A stretch of DNA of 43,757 nucleotides from Octopus bimaculoides. Its lineage: Eukaryota. Below the pieces are notes generated by a model. It ran no database searches. It was not told where the DNA came from and saw nothing but the letters and a program-made list of their open reading frames with translations. Made by a program: the position numbers and the translations under genes. The DNA lies in the NCBI RefSeq assembly GCF_001194135.2, contig NC_068999.1:20064176-20107932 (forward strand). The letters are read 5' to 3'. Positions 22,811-36,603 of this stretch are shown one piece after another; the first letter of the stretch is position 1, and each line of letters starts with the position of its first letter.

Positions 22811-25800
22811 GCATCTAAGTATATATCTCCAATGCCGATTGCCTCTACTAATATGAAGAAGAAAAAAATACATCTATCTCAACTCCTCTTTCCGTTGTTT
22901 ATCTATTCAAATAATCGTAACTGAAAACTTTATAAAATAGCTGATGGCTAAACAGCATTAGATTTATTTACCCGAATGTAGCTGTTACATCAAGTTCTGG
23001 CATTTATGAGTTAACCCCCAACAGCGAGCAGACATCTACAGACTCTTATGTACGGTCATAGTTTCGAATATGTCAACAAGTATTTCCGAAAATCGATTAC
23101 AATTTATAACAACTGTTTTATAATATTTAAAGCGTAGCTGAAGTATACTGTTCAGAAGTTGCACAGTCGAAGACATAAATCAGTTGTTTAGTGTTTTTTT
23201 TTTAATCTTAAGTTGCCTTCTAATCATTTTATTAGTCATGAATATAAATATAATATCAGATTGAGACTGATTCTGCTATTTTATTCTCTGCATTAATCTA
23301 AATCTTGATCAGAAGTAAATGATTATATTTCTCAATGTTGTTTGTTTTTGAAATGAACCTCAAATGTTTACTACTTATCAGTTCATTCAACCATTTCGTT
23401 TCTAAGCCCATTTAATTTTGTCTAATATCTGAAGGTTGCAATATTATATGGATTATTAGTTGGACAGAGCTTCAAAATTATTCCCATCAATTGTTTTTTA
23501 AAATTTTATTGAATTTAAAATGTTGTTTTAGATATGTAAATACAGTAGTTATTCGTTAACCTAGCATTCTTTCTGTACGCTAAGCTTTAATTATTCCCTA
23601 TTTAACTTCATTATTAATACAGAGTGTTCGTCGTATCATTCGAGATAATCCGGTAGCTATTTTCAACAGTTTAGTGAATTTGTGTTCATCGTATTATCCG
23701 ACATGTTTGATATTTGTGCAATACATCCATGTAACTAGATAAGATTACAGTATTCACTAATAAAACCATAATATTTCAATGATGGAAATACGTTTTAAAT
23801 TTTACATCTGTTAATTGTAATATAACCCATTTATAGTTCTCATATCTGCTTTCGTTTTATTAGCTTCTAGAGAAATTGCTTATTCAACATAAGTTCACTA
23901 AGCTACCGTATTATGTCTCAGTTGATCTTCGAAATCAATACCCCAGGTCAGCTCTGATCAATTACATTTATGAACAATGGCTTTCAAGGTACTACCTGCT
24001 GGTATTTTCTTACGCATTATCTTTCATTCACTGTTAAGCCTGACGGACGTGACTTTAGGGACGTGTGGCTTCTATTTCTAGCAGATAACATACTTGAAGA
24101 AACCATATAAATTTTCCATTGCTGGATTGCTATCTCCCTTAACGTATATATGTATCGCGATATGCATTTCTGCTTGCTCCTTAAGTAAGGAATATGAGTG
24201 CAGCCTTGTTTGAAACATGCTATTTCAAGTTAAATCACATGAAACACACAATTCTATCGATATATGTACATCTTTCTTTAAGAGTATTTAATTTCTATCT
24301 GGTATTTAAAAAAAGTGGCGTATATTATATTGTGCTACATGACGAGGTATCATAGATCATCATATACATTAAAATTGGTGTTTTGTCTTCACACTGCAGA
24401 AATGATATTTGTATATTATCGTATAATTAGGTTATGCATGTTATGATATACAAATATTCATTTTGCAACGTGGAAAAAAACTCCAATTTAGAATTGTATA
24501 CAGTTTAATTATTAACACACTGATATATTATTTCTGTTTCTGAAAAATCTGTATTTTTTTAAAAATTTAAATGTATTCCTGCGTACTCATTTGATAGCTG
24601 TTATCCGACAGTGACAAGAAATTATTTTTATCAGCATTTTCGAAATGTTACCATACAAACCTAAATGTGATTATTGTACTTCTGAAAACGGCAAAATCTC
24701 AAAATCACTTGAAGCTGATTCTCTTTATTTCCCTGTCAACAAATAATTCAGTTCTCTGTCACCGTATTCAAACAGTGCACTAATTTCCAAAAATTTAGAA
24801 AGAGTGAAACTCACCTTTTAATTAAAGAAGACATGCCACTATAATTTCAGTTTATCCAAACATTATAAAGCTGTTTGCTTCCATTTAGTTCGATCTTATA
24901 TGATTTGCAGAGAAACGTAAATATTACAGAAAATGTCTGTAATTGGGTTCCCTCATTTAGATAATTATATCTTGGAATATTTTCTTCCAACGAAGTAAAA
25001 ATAATCTACAAATAAGAAACAAAATTACCTTTTATCTGTCAAGCTCATTTTATATTTTATTTAATGTTATAATTTTCTATTTTTAAGAAACGACATTAAG
25101 AAAAAAGTTTTCGACTATGACATGGTTCATATTTCCTGTGACAAGATCTTTCTATATTGGCTGTTAATCTTTGCAAAATATTGCTGCTTAGAATTAATTT
25201 GTTGTAAAATTGTGTTAAAAAAAAATTAATTATAATCTTGTTCTAATTGCCTACTAGTCGTTTAACATATCAACCTGTATCTATGTGACGGTTAATAATC
25301 CTCGTATGTCGCAATTTCATTTCGATGGCGAATATGCTTTTGTTTGTATTGGATAAGTCGGTCTACCCTTACAGTCAATGTGGATGTTTCGTTTAATTTT
25401 TTAACCCCTAGATTTTCCCATGACTGGGAGGAAATTTTTCCTTTTCCTCATTATGCTTGTGGTTTGAGTGTATTATAAATATATGAGTTCCTCTAGACTT
25501 AACGAGACAAATATTTGATTTTCATCATGGACATAAATGAAGTAACTGGACATAGCGTAAATAAGTATATACACACACACATAAATGTATTTATAAAATG
25601 TTAAGTATTTAATATTATTTTCCTGAAATCGTCAGAAATGTTGGTATAAACATATATTTCCATCTTTTTCACTTGAATATACGTGTTTTATTGAAGTTTC
25701 AACGGGAATTTTTATATAAAAGAATCGGAAAACATATGTAAACATAAAATAAATATTTATGCAAATAACTCGTCTCTTATGTAAACACGTTTAATCGATA

Positions 25801-28800
25801 CTGTGTTAATAGGATGGTTAATGAAATTGCTCAAATATTAGATTATTATATCGAATGAAACTTTAAAACTGGGGTTATACATTTTACGATCAGCTGCATT
25901 GACAATGGCCCGATCTTCTTGCAAATGTGTATTCATTTCATTTCACTTCATTTAGCTCTCACTGAACTGAGATCAGAAACGATAACGAAATAATTGCACC
26001 ATCTTCAAAGTAAAGAAGAAAATTAAATTCTTCAATCAAAACACTATTTGATATGTTAGCAACTATAATAATCAATATATTTGTAAAATAGATAACTCAC
26101 ATAGCTAGCAGAACTCGTGATCTTAATTACGATAAACTGTTCCCTACGGAATGTATCTGCCAATATCTAGTAAACATGGCCTACCTCAAAAATAACCCGT
26201 TGCAGTCTACATATCTTAGTACTGTTATACTCTTTGTTCATCAGTGCTATACTAAATAAAGATACTCGTTATCAGAAACTTTGCATTTCCAAAGCACTAT
26301 GCAATTTTTAACTATTTTATAAATATCGTTTCAAAATCTTCTGCTGATTCCTTGAGAACTGATTTCTCTTTCGCACACGCATATAAACACACATCGTACG
26401 CAAGGGTATTGAAAGCAATTGCGTTTGAAGTTATTACTGGAATGAATCCAAATTTAACTTTTCCTTTGCAATTTGCCTCTTCTTTGCATTTGAAATCTGG
26501 TCTTCACAGTTCATAGGCAACACTAAATTCATCCATTTATTATCAAATATCGGATCGAGAGTCTTCTCTTTTTCTTTTCTTTCCCAATATAACAAAATAA
26601 ACCAGATAGGCTTTATAACGAAATTCGCTTTTATCAATGCGTTCTTTCGACAGAAAATTTCTGAATAGGTGATCAAGTTACTAACGTACAGAAGGAAAAG
26701 GCTACGAACATCAACAAAGACTGAGAAAAATGCATTTTTTTTTTATTTCTTGAGAATATAATTTGTCTTAATTGTTTAACAACAAATGTACTGAATGAGA
26801 CGTATTAACGATTTTGGTTACCAGAATGATTTTTGCAAATACACAGAGTAACGACATTAGACACCATCGCACACATAGTCATATATATACACAATAACAT
26901 ACAAAATTTCTTTGTGAAAGAGCTATTTAAAAACACAATTTTTTAAAATTATTTATAATCGCGTGTGTATATGAGTGCTCCATTACATTGACAGATTCCG
27001 TCGATCTTTTCTGCACTCTGGCTACATGATAAACAGTACGTACGCCACTTGGAATTCAAAAGAAGAGAGGTACTGTTCAGCTCGATGAGGCGCTAACCAT
27101 ATTTAATCATATTTCTGATTGCAGTAATATTCAGTAATAAATGAAAAGTGAAATAGTTCTCATTTTTAATGGATAAACTATCATATCTATTATGTTCCTG
27201 CTGCAACATCAACATGTTATAATAGATCAACAAAGCAGCCAAACTACGCAACGTATAGTCATGCGTGTTTCTATCAGTCGTATACTTGTTTGATAACTGC
27301 ATTGATATCAGACATTAAAACTGAAACTATAACATTGTGTAAGATACATGCAATGCATTAAATAACACGCACGCACACATAAAAACACACACACATATTG
27401 CGAGTTAACTTGGGATCCATTGGCGACACTGTAGCCTTCATTTCAGTAATGTATTTTTGGCTTGATGAGCAGCTAGTGGAGTATCATACGTGGAGCAATT
27501 ACTACCACCGAGATTCTGTTACTTAGGAAACATATGTCGCCTGGATTGTACCTGCTCCGTTCCTTAAATTTGGATTTTTATTACCATACATAGCAATACC
27601 AGTTGTTAACCGTGAATTGCAAAAATTTACAAACGTCTACGTCAATAAACCAGTGCATATGTACAAATATACACTTATATAATTACATATATATGTATAT
27701 AAGTATATGCATATATATATATATATANNNNNNNNNNNNNNNNNNNNNNNNNNNNNNNNNNNNNNNNNNNNNNNNNNNNNNNNNNNNNNNNNNNNNNNNN
27801 NNNNNNNNNNNNNNNNNNNNNNNNNNNNNNNNNNNNNNNNNNNNNNNNNNNNNNNNNNNNNNNNNNNNNNNNNNNNNNNNNNNNNNNNNNNNNNNNNNNN
27901 NNNNNNNNNNNNNNNNNNNNNNNNNNNNNNNNNNNNNNNNNNNNNNNNNNNNNNNNNNNNNNNNNNNNNNNNNNNNNNNNNNNNNNNNNNNNNNNNNNNN
28001 NNNNNNNNNNNNNNNNNNNNNNNNNNNNNNNNNNNNNNNNNNNNNNNNNNATATATATATTTGTATATATTTATAGATGTATTTATGTATGTATGTATGT
28101 ATTTTTGCATGTATGTATGTATGTATGTATGTATACATATAGAGGAGCCTGGAACGGCTAGTTTGTATTGGTATCGAGTCTTATAAGTTGTAATAATGAT
28201 GTCTAACCAAATATATTTCGAAATCATTTAGTTTGTACGTTTCGCGTCGACATTATATATAACAGCAAAAGTATCCATTACATAAACCTTCAAATTATAT
28301 ATATATGAAATACGCTATTCCACAATACACTAGGGTCTGTTGAATTGTGTATTTCATATATAACTCCGTACATATTAAGTAAAATAAACGACATATCATT
28401 TAAACGTTTTCGTTTCCATACGGAAATGAAGATGTGTTCAAAACAGTTCTGGCGACATTCTCTTCATAATAGTAAACTAGATCTTCCTTTATTTCTATAT
28501 GTTTGCAAATGCGATCCATATCGAATAAAATTTCGCTCAGTTTCATAAATCAGATACTATTTATTTTAACCACAATGTTGCTATTCATTGTTATTTTCCT
28601 CCTATGTTTATTTCTGTGATAAATATAAGAAAATATATGATTTTATAATGTGTAATTTTATATTTACACTAATATAAGAGTTTTGCTATAACAGACCTTT
28701 GGTTAATGGGACACAACACTTCGAGCTATTTTGTTTAATGTTCGAATACCACTTGAAATAAGGACATTAAGTGCAGCCTCTTTCGAATCACACTTCGAAG

Positions 28801-28899
28801 GCTATGCATTTTCAGTACAAGTACAGGGGATTGCTAAACAAAAGACACAGTAAAGAACTTAGAGCAAAATGATAGTTGCAACGGAAAACGCAGATTATA

Positions 28900-29816
28900 T
28901 CATCATATTTCTGTGGAAAACATTCTGGAAGACCCGCAACATTTAGAGCTAAAAACAACATCGCACATATGCGTGCAGCTGTGAAGGGAAATTGCCGAAT
29001 CACCATCCGTGAGTTATCAGGGTGTGTGCAGATTAGTTACGGTTTAGTTCAATCCATTGCCACTGAAGATTTTGATATGACACGCGTGTCAGCCAAGTTT
29101 GTGCCAAAACTGCTTTCAGCACTCGGGTTTCAGTTGCACAAGATCTCTTTAACCGTGTCGAGAACGATGATAACTGTTTGAAAACGATCAAAACGGCTGG
29201 TTAATCGCGGATTTATGGCTATGAACCACAAAACAAAGGTCAGATTTTGCAGTGGAAGACCCCAACCTTTCCGAGACCGAAGAAAGCACTAATGGGTCAA
29301 AGCGATGTGAAGACACTGTTGACTGCTTACTTCGACTAAAAGGGGATTGTTCATCATGATTATGCTCCGCCTGGTCAAACAGTAAACAAGAAGTACTACC
29401 ATGACGTTTTGCGACCTTTGAGGGACGCTATTCGTCGGAAAAGGCCACAATTGCATGCGTCCGGTGAGTGGCAATTGCACCATGACAACCCACGTACCCA
29501 TTCAGTGCAGATTGTGCAGCGGTTATTGGTTAGGGACAGCATTCCCCGGGTCCAAAAGACACCGTATACATTGGATCTCGCCCCTTGCGATTTTTTCCTC
29601 TTCCTAAAAATCAAATGCCACTCGAAAGGAAGATTTCAGGACTTCGACAAAATCAAAGTGATTGTGACGTGGCAGTCACTGATTATCCCAGAAAACAAGT
29701 TCCATGAATGCTTCCATCAACGGAAACAACGCTGGATTAAGGGTGGGTCTTCGGAAGGTGACTACGTTGAAGGAGCTTATAGCACGAGTCCGGATACTTA
29801 CAGATCAGACCTCGTA
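28900..29816 (+). mobile_element. Decayed mariner transposon (DD34D-type), 3' TIR present
   Basis: SGRP..NNIAHMR..RITIREL..VSAKFVPKLL, WKTPTFPRPKKA, GQTVNKKYY, RDAIRRKRPQL..WQLHHDNP.TH, PYTLDLAPCDFFLF; terminus gtccggatacttacagatcagacctcg+TA at 29788-29816. Confidence 0.93.
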
Positions 29817-30089
29817 TATGTCTTCTGATGAACTTCTGGTATCATATCAATCAATTAGGCAGTATCATATCAGTCAATAAGGAATTAAAATTGTCATCAT
29901 ACATATGATCATAAGCATTATCGATACTGACAGAAGCCTTTGTTTGAAACCTATTCACAAAAATATCAGCGCTATGCATATAGCCAAATATTTTGAATCA
30001 TAAATCAACTATTTCGCAATAATTCTTCATAATAATCTGTATGGTTATTGTAATCAGCAGAAGCGTATTTCCATTAATATTATAGTAAG

Positions 30090-30300
30090 AATCATCATTG
30101 TCATCATGAAAAAGTCACCCTTGTCATCATCAATACATTATCATCGTCATCCTCATTACTATCGTTATAATTTTCATCATCATCCTCATGAGCTCTTCAT
30201 CATTATATCTTCATCTTCATATCTTCATCATCATATCTTCATCATCATCCTCATGAATTTCGTCATCGTCGTCAGTGCTTATCTTAATCTTCTATCGAAA
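30090..30300 (+). repeat. Degenerate (CAT)n tract
   Basis: Directly visible. Confidence 0.85.
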
Positions 30301-30926
30301 CTTCAGTGAAACATCCCTGCAGGCATAACAAATAGGAACGTCGAGGAATAAAAAGCTCCAAAGCGTATTCCATGCACATACATTCACGCACAGATTCACA
30401 GGTACACATTATATTTTTTATTACTTCATTATTGATAGTGTTTGTTATTATACCTTTTGTCGTTGGTGTTTTTGCTGCTGCTTCTGTTGTTGGTGTTGTT
30501 ATAAATACAAATAATGAAGAAATGCAAAATAAATATTAATAGAACCGAAATATTTGATGACAAAAATCGAACAGGTAAATTTGAAAAATAAAACTTTACA
30601 AAAAGTAAATATAATTCTATGAAAATAAATCAAACGTAATTAAATCTTAATCAATCTTCAGTAATTTCTCTATATTTTAATTATAGAAATTCGCATTTAT
30701 AGTTTGCTGAGTTTGATTAATGCAAACGCCTCCATTCAAAAATAAAGTGCAGCTGATATTGTTTAGCGTTAGGATAAAATAGAAAATTTCTCTAGAATAT
30801 CATGATACGGGTCATTGTTATTTGTAATATATTCATGCGCGAGCGTACTTGTATGTCTACACACACACATGTATGTATATATACATATATACATACATAT
30901 ATATATGTCTGTGTGTGTGTGTGTGT

Positions 30927-31178
30927 CATGGTTTTTCTCAACCATTTTCTGGCCAGGTACCTGATTTGTTTCTTATTTTCGCTATATGGACCCTTGTAAT
31001 CACTTGATGTTTAAAAATTCCTATCATGTTATAGACTTAAATATTTTGGGAACTGTATAATGAAACTTGTTAAAATATGTTGTGCATTATAGATGAATAA
31101 CCAATTCCTTTCAGATAAATTTCACAAAATCATATATGGACTCGGAAGGCTCATATGGACCCAGGTTCAAAACCACTG
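30927..31178. mobile_element. hAT/Charlie-like MITE (about 250 bp)
   Basis: Imperfect TIRs catggtttttctcaacc / ggttcaaaaccactg; internal tatatggaccc motifs shared with 40748-41215. Confidence 0.55.
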
Positions 31179-31277
31179 ATCAATATAATAGACGTGTTCG
31201 GCAAATATCAGTAAATGTCCTATACGCTTCTCCGTGAACACGCTATTGCAATTATATTCATGCTTCATATTTATGTG

Positions 31278-31626
31278 TTACTAGTTCCGATCATTGGACT
31301 GTAGCCATGCTGGAATATTGCCTTGAAGAGTTTAGTCGAACAAACACAGATATAAAGATACACATGAACATGAACGGGTACACGCACACACATACACACA
31401 CACAAAAGCACACACACACGCATACAAAAGCATACAAACGCATACACACACACACTCACATATAAATACATATGACCGTCTTCTATGATTTTACATCCAC
31501 CAAATCCACTCACAAATCTTTGGTTGACACGAAAGTAGAAAGCATTTTCCTAAGTTGTCACATAGCGGGACTGGAATCGAAGCCATGTGGTTGGGAATCA
31601 AACTTTGTACCTCACACTCACGCCTG
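31278..31626 (-). mobile_element. Old, internally deleted SINE type A-related copy with (CA)n centre
   Basis: tcattggactgtagccatgctgg, accaaatccactcacaa and gggactggaatcgaagccatgtggttgg match type A. Confidence 0.75.
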
Positions 31627-31689
31627 ACCTTGTAGAGGGAGAGAATATCTGAAGCGTGGCATTCATACATACACATATACCTACACATA

Positions 31690-31691
31690 CA

Positions 31692-31757
<66 letters not shown>

Positions 31758-31760
31758 ATA
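31690..31760 (+). repeat. (CT)n(AT)n microsatellite
   Basis: Directly visible. Confidence 0.95.
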
Positions 31761-31799
31761 GAAATATTAAAAAAAAAAATAAAATAGAAACTACTCGTT

Positions 31800-33240
31800 G
31801 AAAAAATGAGGGGGGGAAGTTAGAAGGAAAAAACCGAAAATGCACGTTGGATATCAAAAAAAATAATGTAGTTTTAATGAAAATTAAAGATACATATATA
31901 CAATTAGATGAACCGAGGTAGAATTAAGACGAATATAAGTCATTATTATAAACTGTTAAAGAGATTCAAAGTCATACCGGTATCGTCAGTTGCTATTCAC
32001 TGGCTGTGACTGCGCGCCGATTACCAAACAGTGTTGTGTCTACTAGTCCCTGAGTAAAAAGAATATGTGTAAGGGAGGTAAGTAGTTCTGGATGTCGTAC
32101 AATTAGGGTAGATATAATACTTTAATATGAATGGTGTACGGGAGGTATGGGAGTTAGTGGTAAGTTAGTAGTGTTCTGTATTATTTTATGCGTTCATGTT
32201 AAGTTGTGAATGAAATTTATTGATGATAGTTGCCTTTTTATTCATCCTTTACTGTACTGAGGTTTTCTCTGAACATTGATAGAAGGGAAAAATTAGGAAG
32301 TTAGGATTACGGTTCCAAGCACACCTTTCTGTGTATTCGCTGACCTGTATCTGTCTGTATTGTGGGTGGCGGATTTGTTCTTTGTGAAGAGTGGTTCTTC
32401 GATGGAGTGATATTCCTGTTTGGCCAATATATTGATTACCGCAACCTAAGCAGATAATGACATAAACTAGGTTTTCCGAGGCACAGGTGAAATTGGATTT
32501 AATCTTCAATAGTTCACCTTGTTTAAATTCGAAATCTGTACCCTCCAAGAGGTGGGGGTATGGTCCACAGTTAGGCCGACAACATTTTTTCACTTTTGGT
32601 TCCGTTGTTAATGGATATATTCTTGGGTTGGTTAATATTTTTTTCAATGATTTCGGTTGCATTTTCTCTTGATAATTTTGCGTGAGCCTAAAATTTTGTT
32701 CATCTCCTGTGGGAATGGGTAGATTTTGGATGGTAATGTTGAAGGATTCATTGTTTCTAGGGTTATGTGTGGAGATGTATGGGAGTATTTTTAAGTCTGG
32801 TTTAGTATTTCGGTTAACTTCCCTTAATGTGTGTATTTTCTATTTCCTTTTCTCGTTTAATCCCATCATTTATTAATGATGTTGGGTACTGTCTCTTGAT
32901 TAGTATTGATCTGAGTTGAAGGAGTCTTCGTTCACGAGTATTGGTGTCCGAAACTATGGTACAGATTATTTTCGCTAGATTATACGTTATATTAATTTTT
33001 ATGTCTTTGGGATGGCATGCTTTGAATAATAGGTATTGTTTTGAATCTGTGGGTTTGTAGATGTCCGTTTCGATGTGGCTATTGACTATTTTAATTAGGA
33101 TGTCAAGAAAAGGGAATTGTTAATTGTTGTTGTGTTCCATGGTGAATTCTATGTCCCTATTGATATTGTTGCACATTATTTTGAAATCGAGGAGTATGTC
33201 CATGCTATCTTTCCAAAGTATGAAGCAATTTCTCTGAAGC
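31800..33240 (-). mobile_element. Penelope-like element: 3' RT region + GIY-YIG endonuclease, 5'-truncated
   Basis: CFILWKD, FPFLDILI, TDIYKPTDSKQYLLF..CHP, then ORF 32249-32662 with FTCASENLVYVIICLGCGNQYIGQTGISLHRR...H (GIY-YIG). Confidence 0.92.
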
Positions 33241-34136
33241 TACAAAATTTAATATGCAAATAAGTGGATTGGCTACGTACTTCTTTGCGATTGGTCAAGC
33301 GAGGTAGACACTTCTGATAAGAACCTAGTAATGGTGGAACATCGATGAAAAGTTTGAATTTACGTAGAAATAATTTATTTACCTTTATAAAGTATTTTAT
33401 TAGAGGAATATATTTTTATAGAAGTAACATCCATGTAAACCTGTAATAGACAAAACGGATGGATGTATAATTAAAGAATCTAAAACTGAACGCAGGCATT
33501 AGAGCTAACTAAACATTTATATAATGTTATAAAATCCCAGCATGAAAATGCCTTTTGTTACAACATCATCATGAATGTGGTTATGTCTGACACATACATA
33601 CAACGAAATTTTATCGGTCGATCATGCATTTAAGTGAAGGTGCTTTTGAAACAGATTACAGTACAATGCCGGTTATATAATTTGTTATAAAATCATTATT
33701 TGATAGAACCAACATCCTGCATTGAACATCACAAGAAAAACCAAAATAGAATGTGTCAACAATAGCGATAGCAAACTAATGGCAAAATACTAAGGAAAAA
33801 TCAACTCATGCACATTCGTGAAATAATCAAATTTACTGTGGAATAATTTCAAATATCTCCATGATGATTTAATCATAACAGAATTTTCAAGAGCCATTTG
33901 GATATAATATAAAGAGCGCGAGAAACAGACCAACATCACTCACATGCTTTATCGAATGATAAGCCATTGGAGATCTTGCAATACTAAGAGCATTATGGAT
34001 GTTATTTTAAAAGAAAATATAGAGAGCTAATTAATAACTACAAGTCATTAAGGAAAAAAATTGAATGCAAACAGTGTTGTGCTTTCGATTCAAAATTGTT
34101 GAAAGAAAATATGTTTTCTATTTATTCAAAGATCTC

Positions 34137-34140
34137 ATGT

Positions 34141-34179
<39 letters not shown>

Positions 34180-34330
34180 TGTGTCTGTGTGTTTGTCTGT
34201 CTCTGTGTGTGTGCGTGTATGTGTGAGTGTGTGTGTGCGTGCGTGCATGTGTGTGCCTGTGTGTGCCTGTGTGCGCACCTGCGTGTCTCTATATGTGGTG
34301 TGTGCGCGTGAGTGTGTGTGAGATAGAGAC
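34137..34330 (+). repeat. (TG)n/(GA)n/(TGCG) microsatellite
   Basis: Directly visible. Confidence 0.95.
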
Positions 34331-35759
34331 TGTATGCATATATCTATGTTTGTATCTGCATTTCTACCAATATGCATTTTCGCTTCCCTTTATGTGTACC
34401 GGTGTGCGTATGTGTGAGTGTGTGCGACTCAGTTTCTATCTGCAGTACTTTTCAAGGAAGCACACCATTAATTCTTATTTCCGTCTTGGCAAGTGGATTG
34501 TATATTATTCAGCTTCACTGAGTTATTTTTACTAGCGACATTTATTAACAAATTAATTCTGAAATAGGGATTATCACTGAATCTTTTCAATGCAAAATCT
34601 AATCCTTGGAAGTAATTCTTTCACTCAATTTGAATTTGAACGTTTTACACTGTAACTGAATTGAACAAACCAATGATTTAGCCTTTATGCCGTCCACAAC
34701 CTATTAGAAACAGCTGTTATGTTTTCTCAAAATCGCTTCAGAATGTTTCAGAAAAAATAAAACGCATATTTTCTACTGAGAACAAAATATTTTTACCTCG
34801 TAGTAATATTAGTTGGTCACAAAATTTCTAAGAGGAAACATGAGCAATCAGTGGATTTTCACAACTTATTGCTTGGTACGAGTAACTTCATGATTATTTA
34901 AACACAATTTCTTTTGACTACCGTTTTGTAACATAGTATTCTGGTAAGACACTGTTAATCTGTTAATTGGAAAATGTCAGTTCTTTCCCAACCCATTTTT
35001 CATTTATTAATGCTTTCATCGATTTGTGTCATTATATACAATATTCATTAATTATTCGTTTAAAGGTACGACCCGATTTATGATGACAAATATCTCATAA
35101 GGCCAGCGGCCGTAAAATGTACCCCATTTCTGCTTTAGATCAGAGTATATTGAATTAAGGCTAAATACCAATCATAACTGATTTATCTCTCTCTGGCCAT
35201 GGTGAATTATGGAAAACCATCAAATACTCGTTGTATTGTTTCACATCTGCTAACGGATAACTGGTGCTGCTGGTGTTATCACATTTAATATATAGATAAT
35301 TAAATAATTAATTCAGATTAATAAACCACGAGGAACCAATAATAGTAATCAATATTACTCTAGTTTAACAAAGCAAACTCGCTTGGGAAAGTAACAAAGC
35401 GTCAGCTACCGACAACCAGTTGATTATGATAACACACTTCATTGAGATTTCGTGAAATCTGCGGATTATTCGTGCAGTTCCAAACTTTCTGTTTCTACCT
35501 TCACGATTACACCTATCATTTTAATCCCATTTGTGAGTTTGGAAATAGAATTCTCAACATTCCAACACAATGTAGGCAATTAACCTTCTTCAACGAAAAC
35601 GCCCTTTGTATTTCCACTTCCATGAACCCATATCTATCTTTTGAGGCTTCTCAAATGGTTTAATCAAGGTACTACATCAGTCTTATCAATTTTCGCTGAA
35701 TGCATAAGGCATCGGTCCATACTTCACCAAAAAAAAAAAAAAAAATTGCTGGTTCAGTT

Positions 35760-36512
35760 AATTGAAGATTGGACCTACGAACACACTCATGACATTCCTT
35801 TATTAGTCCTTACTGAGACGCCCTTGACGACTCGCACTTGAAAGTTGAAGTAGCTGAAGTATAAATGAGGATATAGAGTAGGTTTTAATAAGTTGTGCGT
35901 CATTTTGTAATGCTATACTGGTATTCCAGTTTGTCATGGCATATTTAATATATTTTAGTACTGCTGAGGCTACCTTATATGTGTGGAGAGATTCATGTAT
36001 CCATGAGCGTGGAACACTCTCCAATGCTTTCTGGTAATCAATCCAAGTCATGTTCATTTTTGTATTTCTCCTCCTACAGTCCGCTATAATTGCTCGGTTT
36101 AGCAGAAGTAGCTCCTTACAAGCATAAATGCCACCCTGGCACCCATTACTTTCTTCTGGTTAGACGTTGTTTTTTGCCAGGTGCTTTATAAGCTGGTGAT
36201 AGATGACTGATGTTAGGGTTTTTTAGGATGTTGATAGGCATCGTATTGGTCTATAATTTTGAGGGTGTTCGGTTTCTTTGTTTTGGGGAATGAGGGTGGT
36301 TTACCCTTCCAGCATCTTGTTGGGTGTTGATTCTGGTTCACTTATCAATAAATTGAACGCTGCCAATAAGTGGTTATGGGTACTCTTCCAACCAGACGTT
36401 GGGGACCTTTTCTGCCCTTGGAGTTTTCCAGTTGCTGGTACTCCTCAGTTGTTCATGATATCTTGGCCTGCGATGGTGGACCATGTCTGTTGTTCTATTG
36501 TGTTCTTCCTCT
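35760..36512 (-). mobile_element. R4/Dong-like LINE reverse transcriptase fragment
   Basis: TTLIPQNKETEHPQNYRPIRCL, YACKELLLLNRAII, MTWIDYQKALESVPRSWI, RQGRLS; starts next to (TAA)n. Confidence 0.88.
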
Positions 36513-36524
36513 CCTTTTCCCTGC

Positions 36525-36602
<78 letters not shown>
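36525..36602 (+). repeat. (TTA)n microsatellite
   Basis: Directly visible. Confidence 0.98.

Positions 36603-36603
<1 letters not shown>

Noticed and set aside
23940-23995. Possible tail fragment of another SINE (ccccaggtcagctctgatc)
   Set aside because: Too short and degenerate, and no second copy in the window to confirm it
24809-25035. Minus-strand gene model from donors at 24815 and about 25029
   Set aside because: Roughly one AG|GTGAGT is expected by chance in a window of this size; no convincing acceptor or homology
26434-26730. Host coding exon (…WERKEKEKTLDPIFDNKWMNL…)
   Set aside because: No recognisable domain and the length is attainable by chance; kept only as part of the repeat-poor island finding
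29839-29882. Short direct repeat gtatcatatca(a/g)tcaat x2 after the mariner end
   Set aside because: Simple local slippage duplication; not a TSD of the mariner
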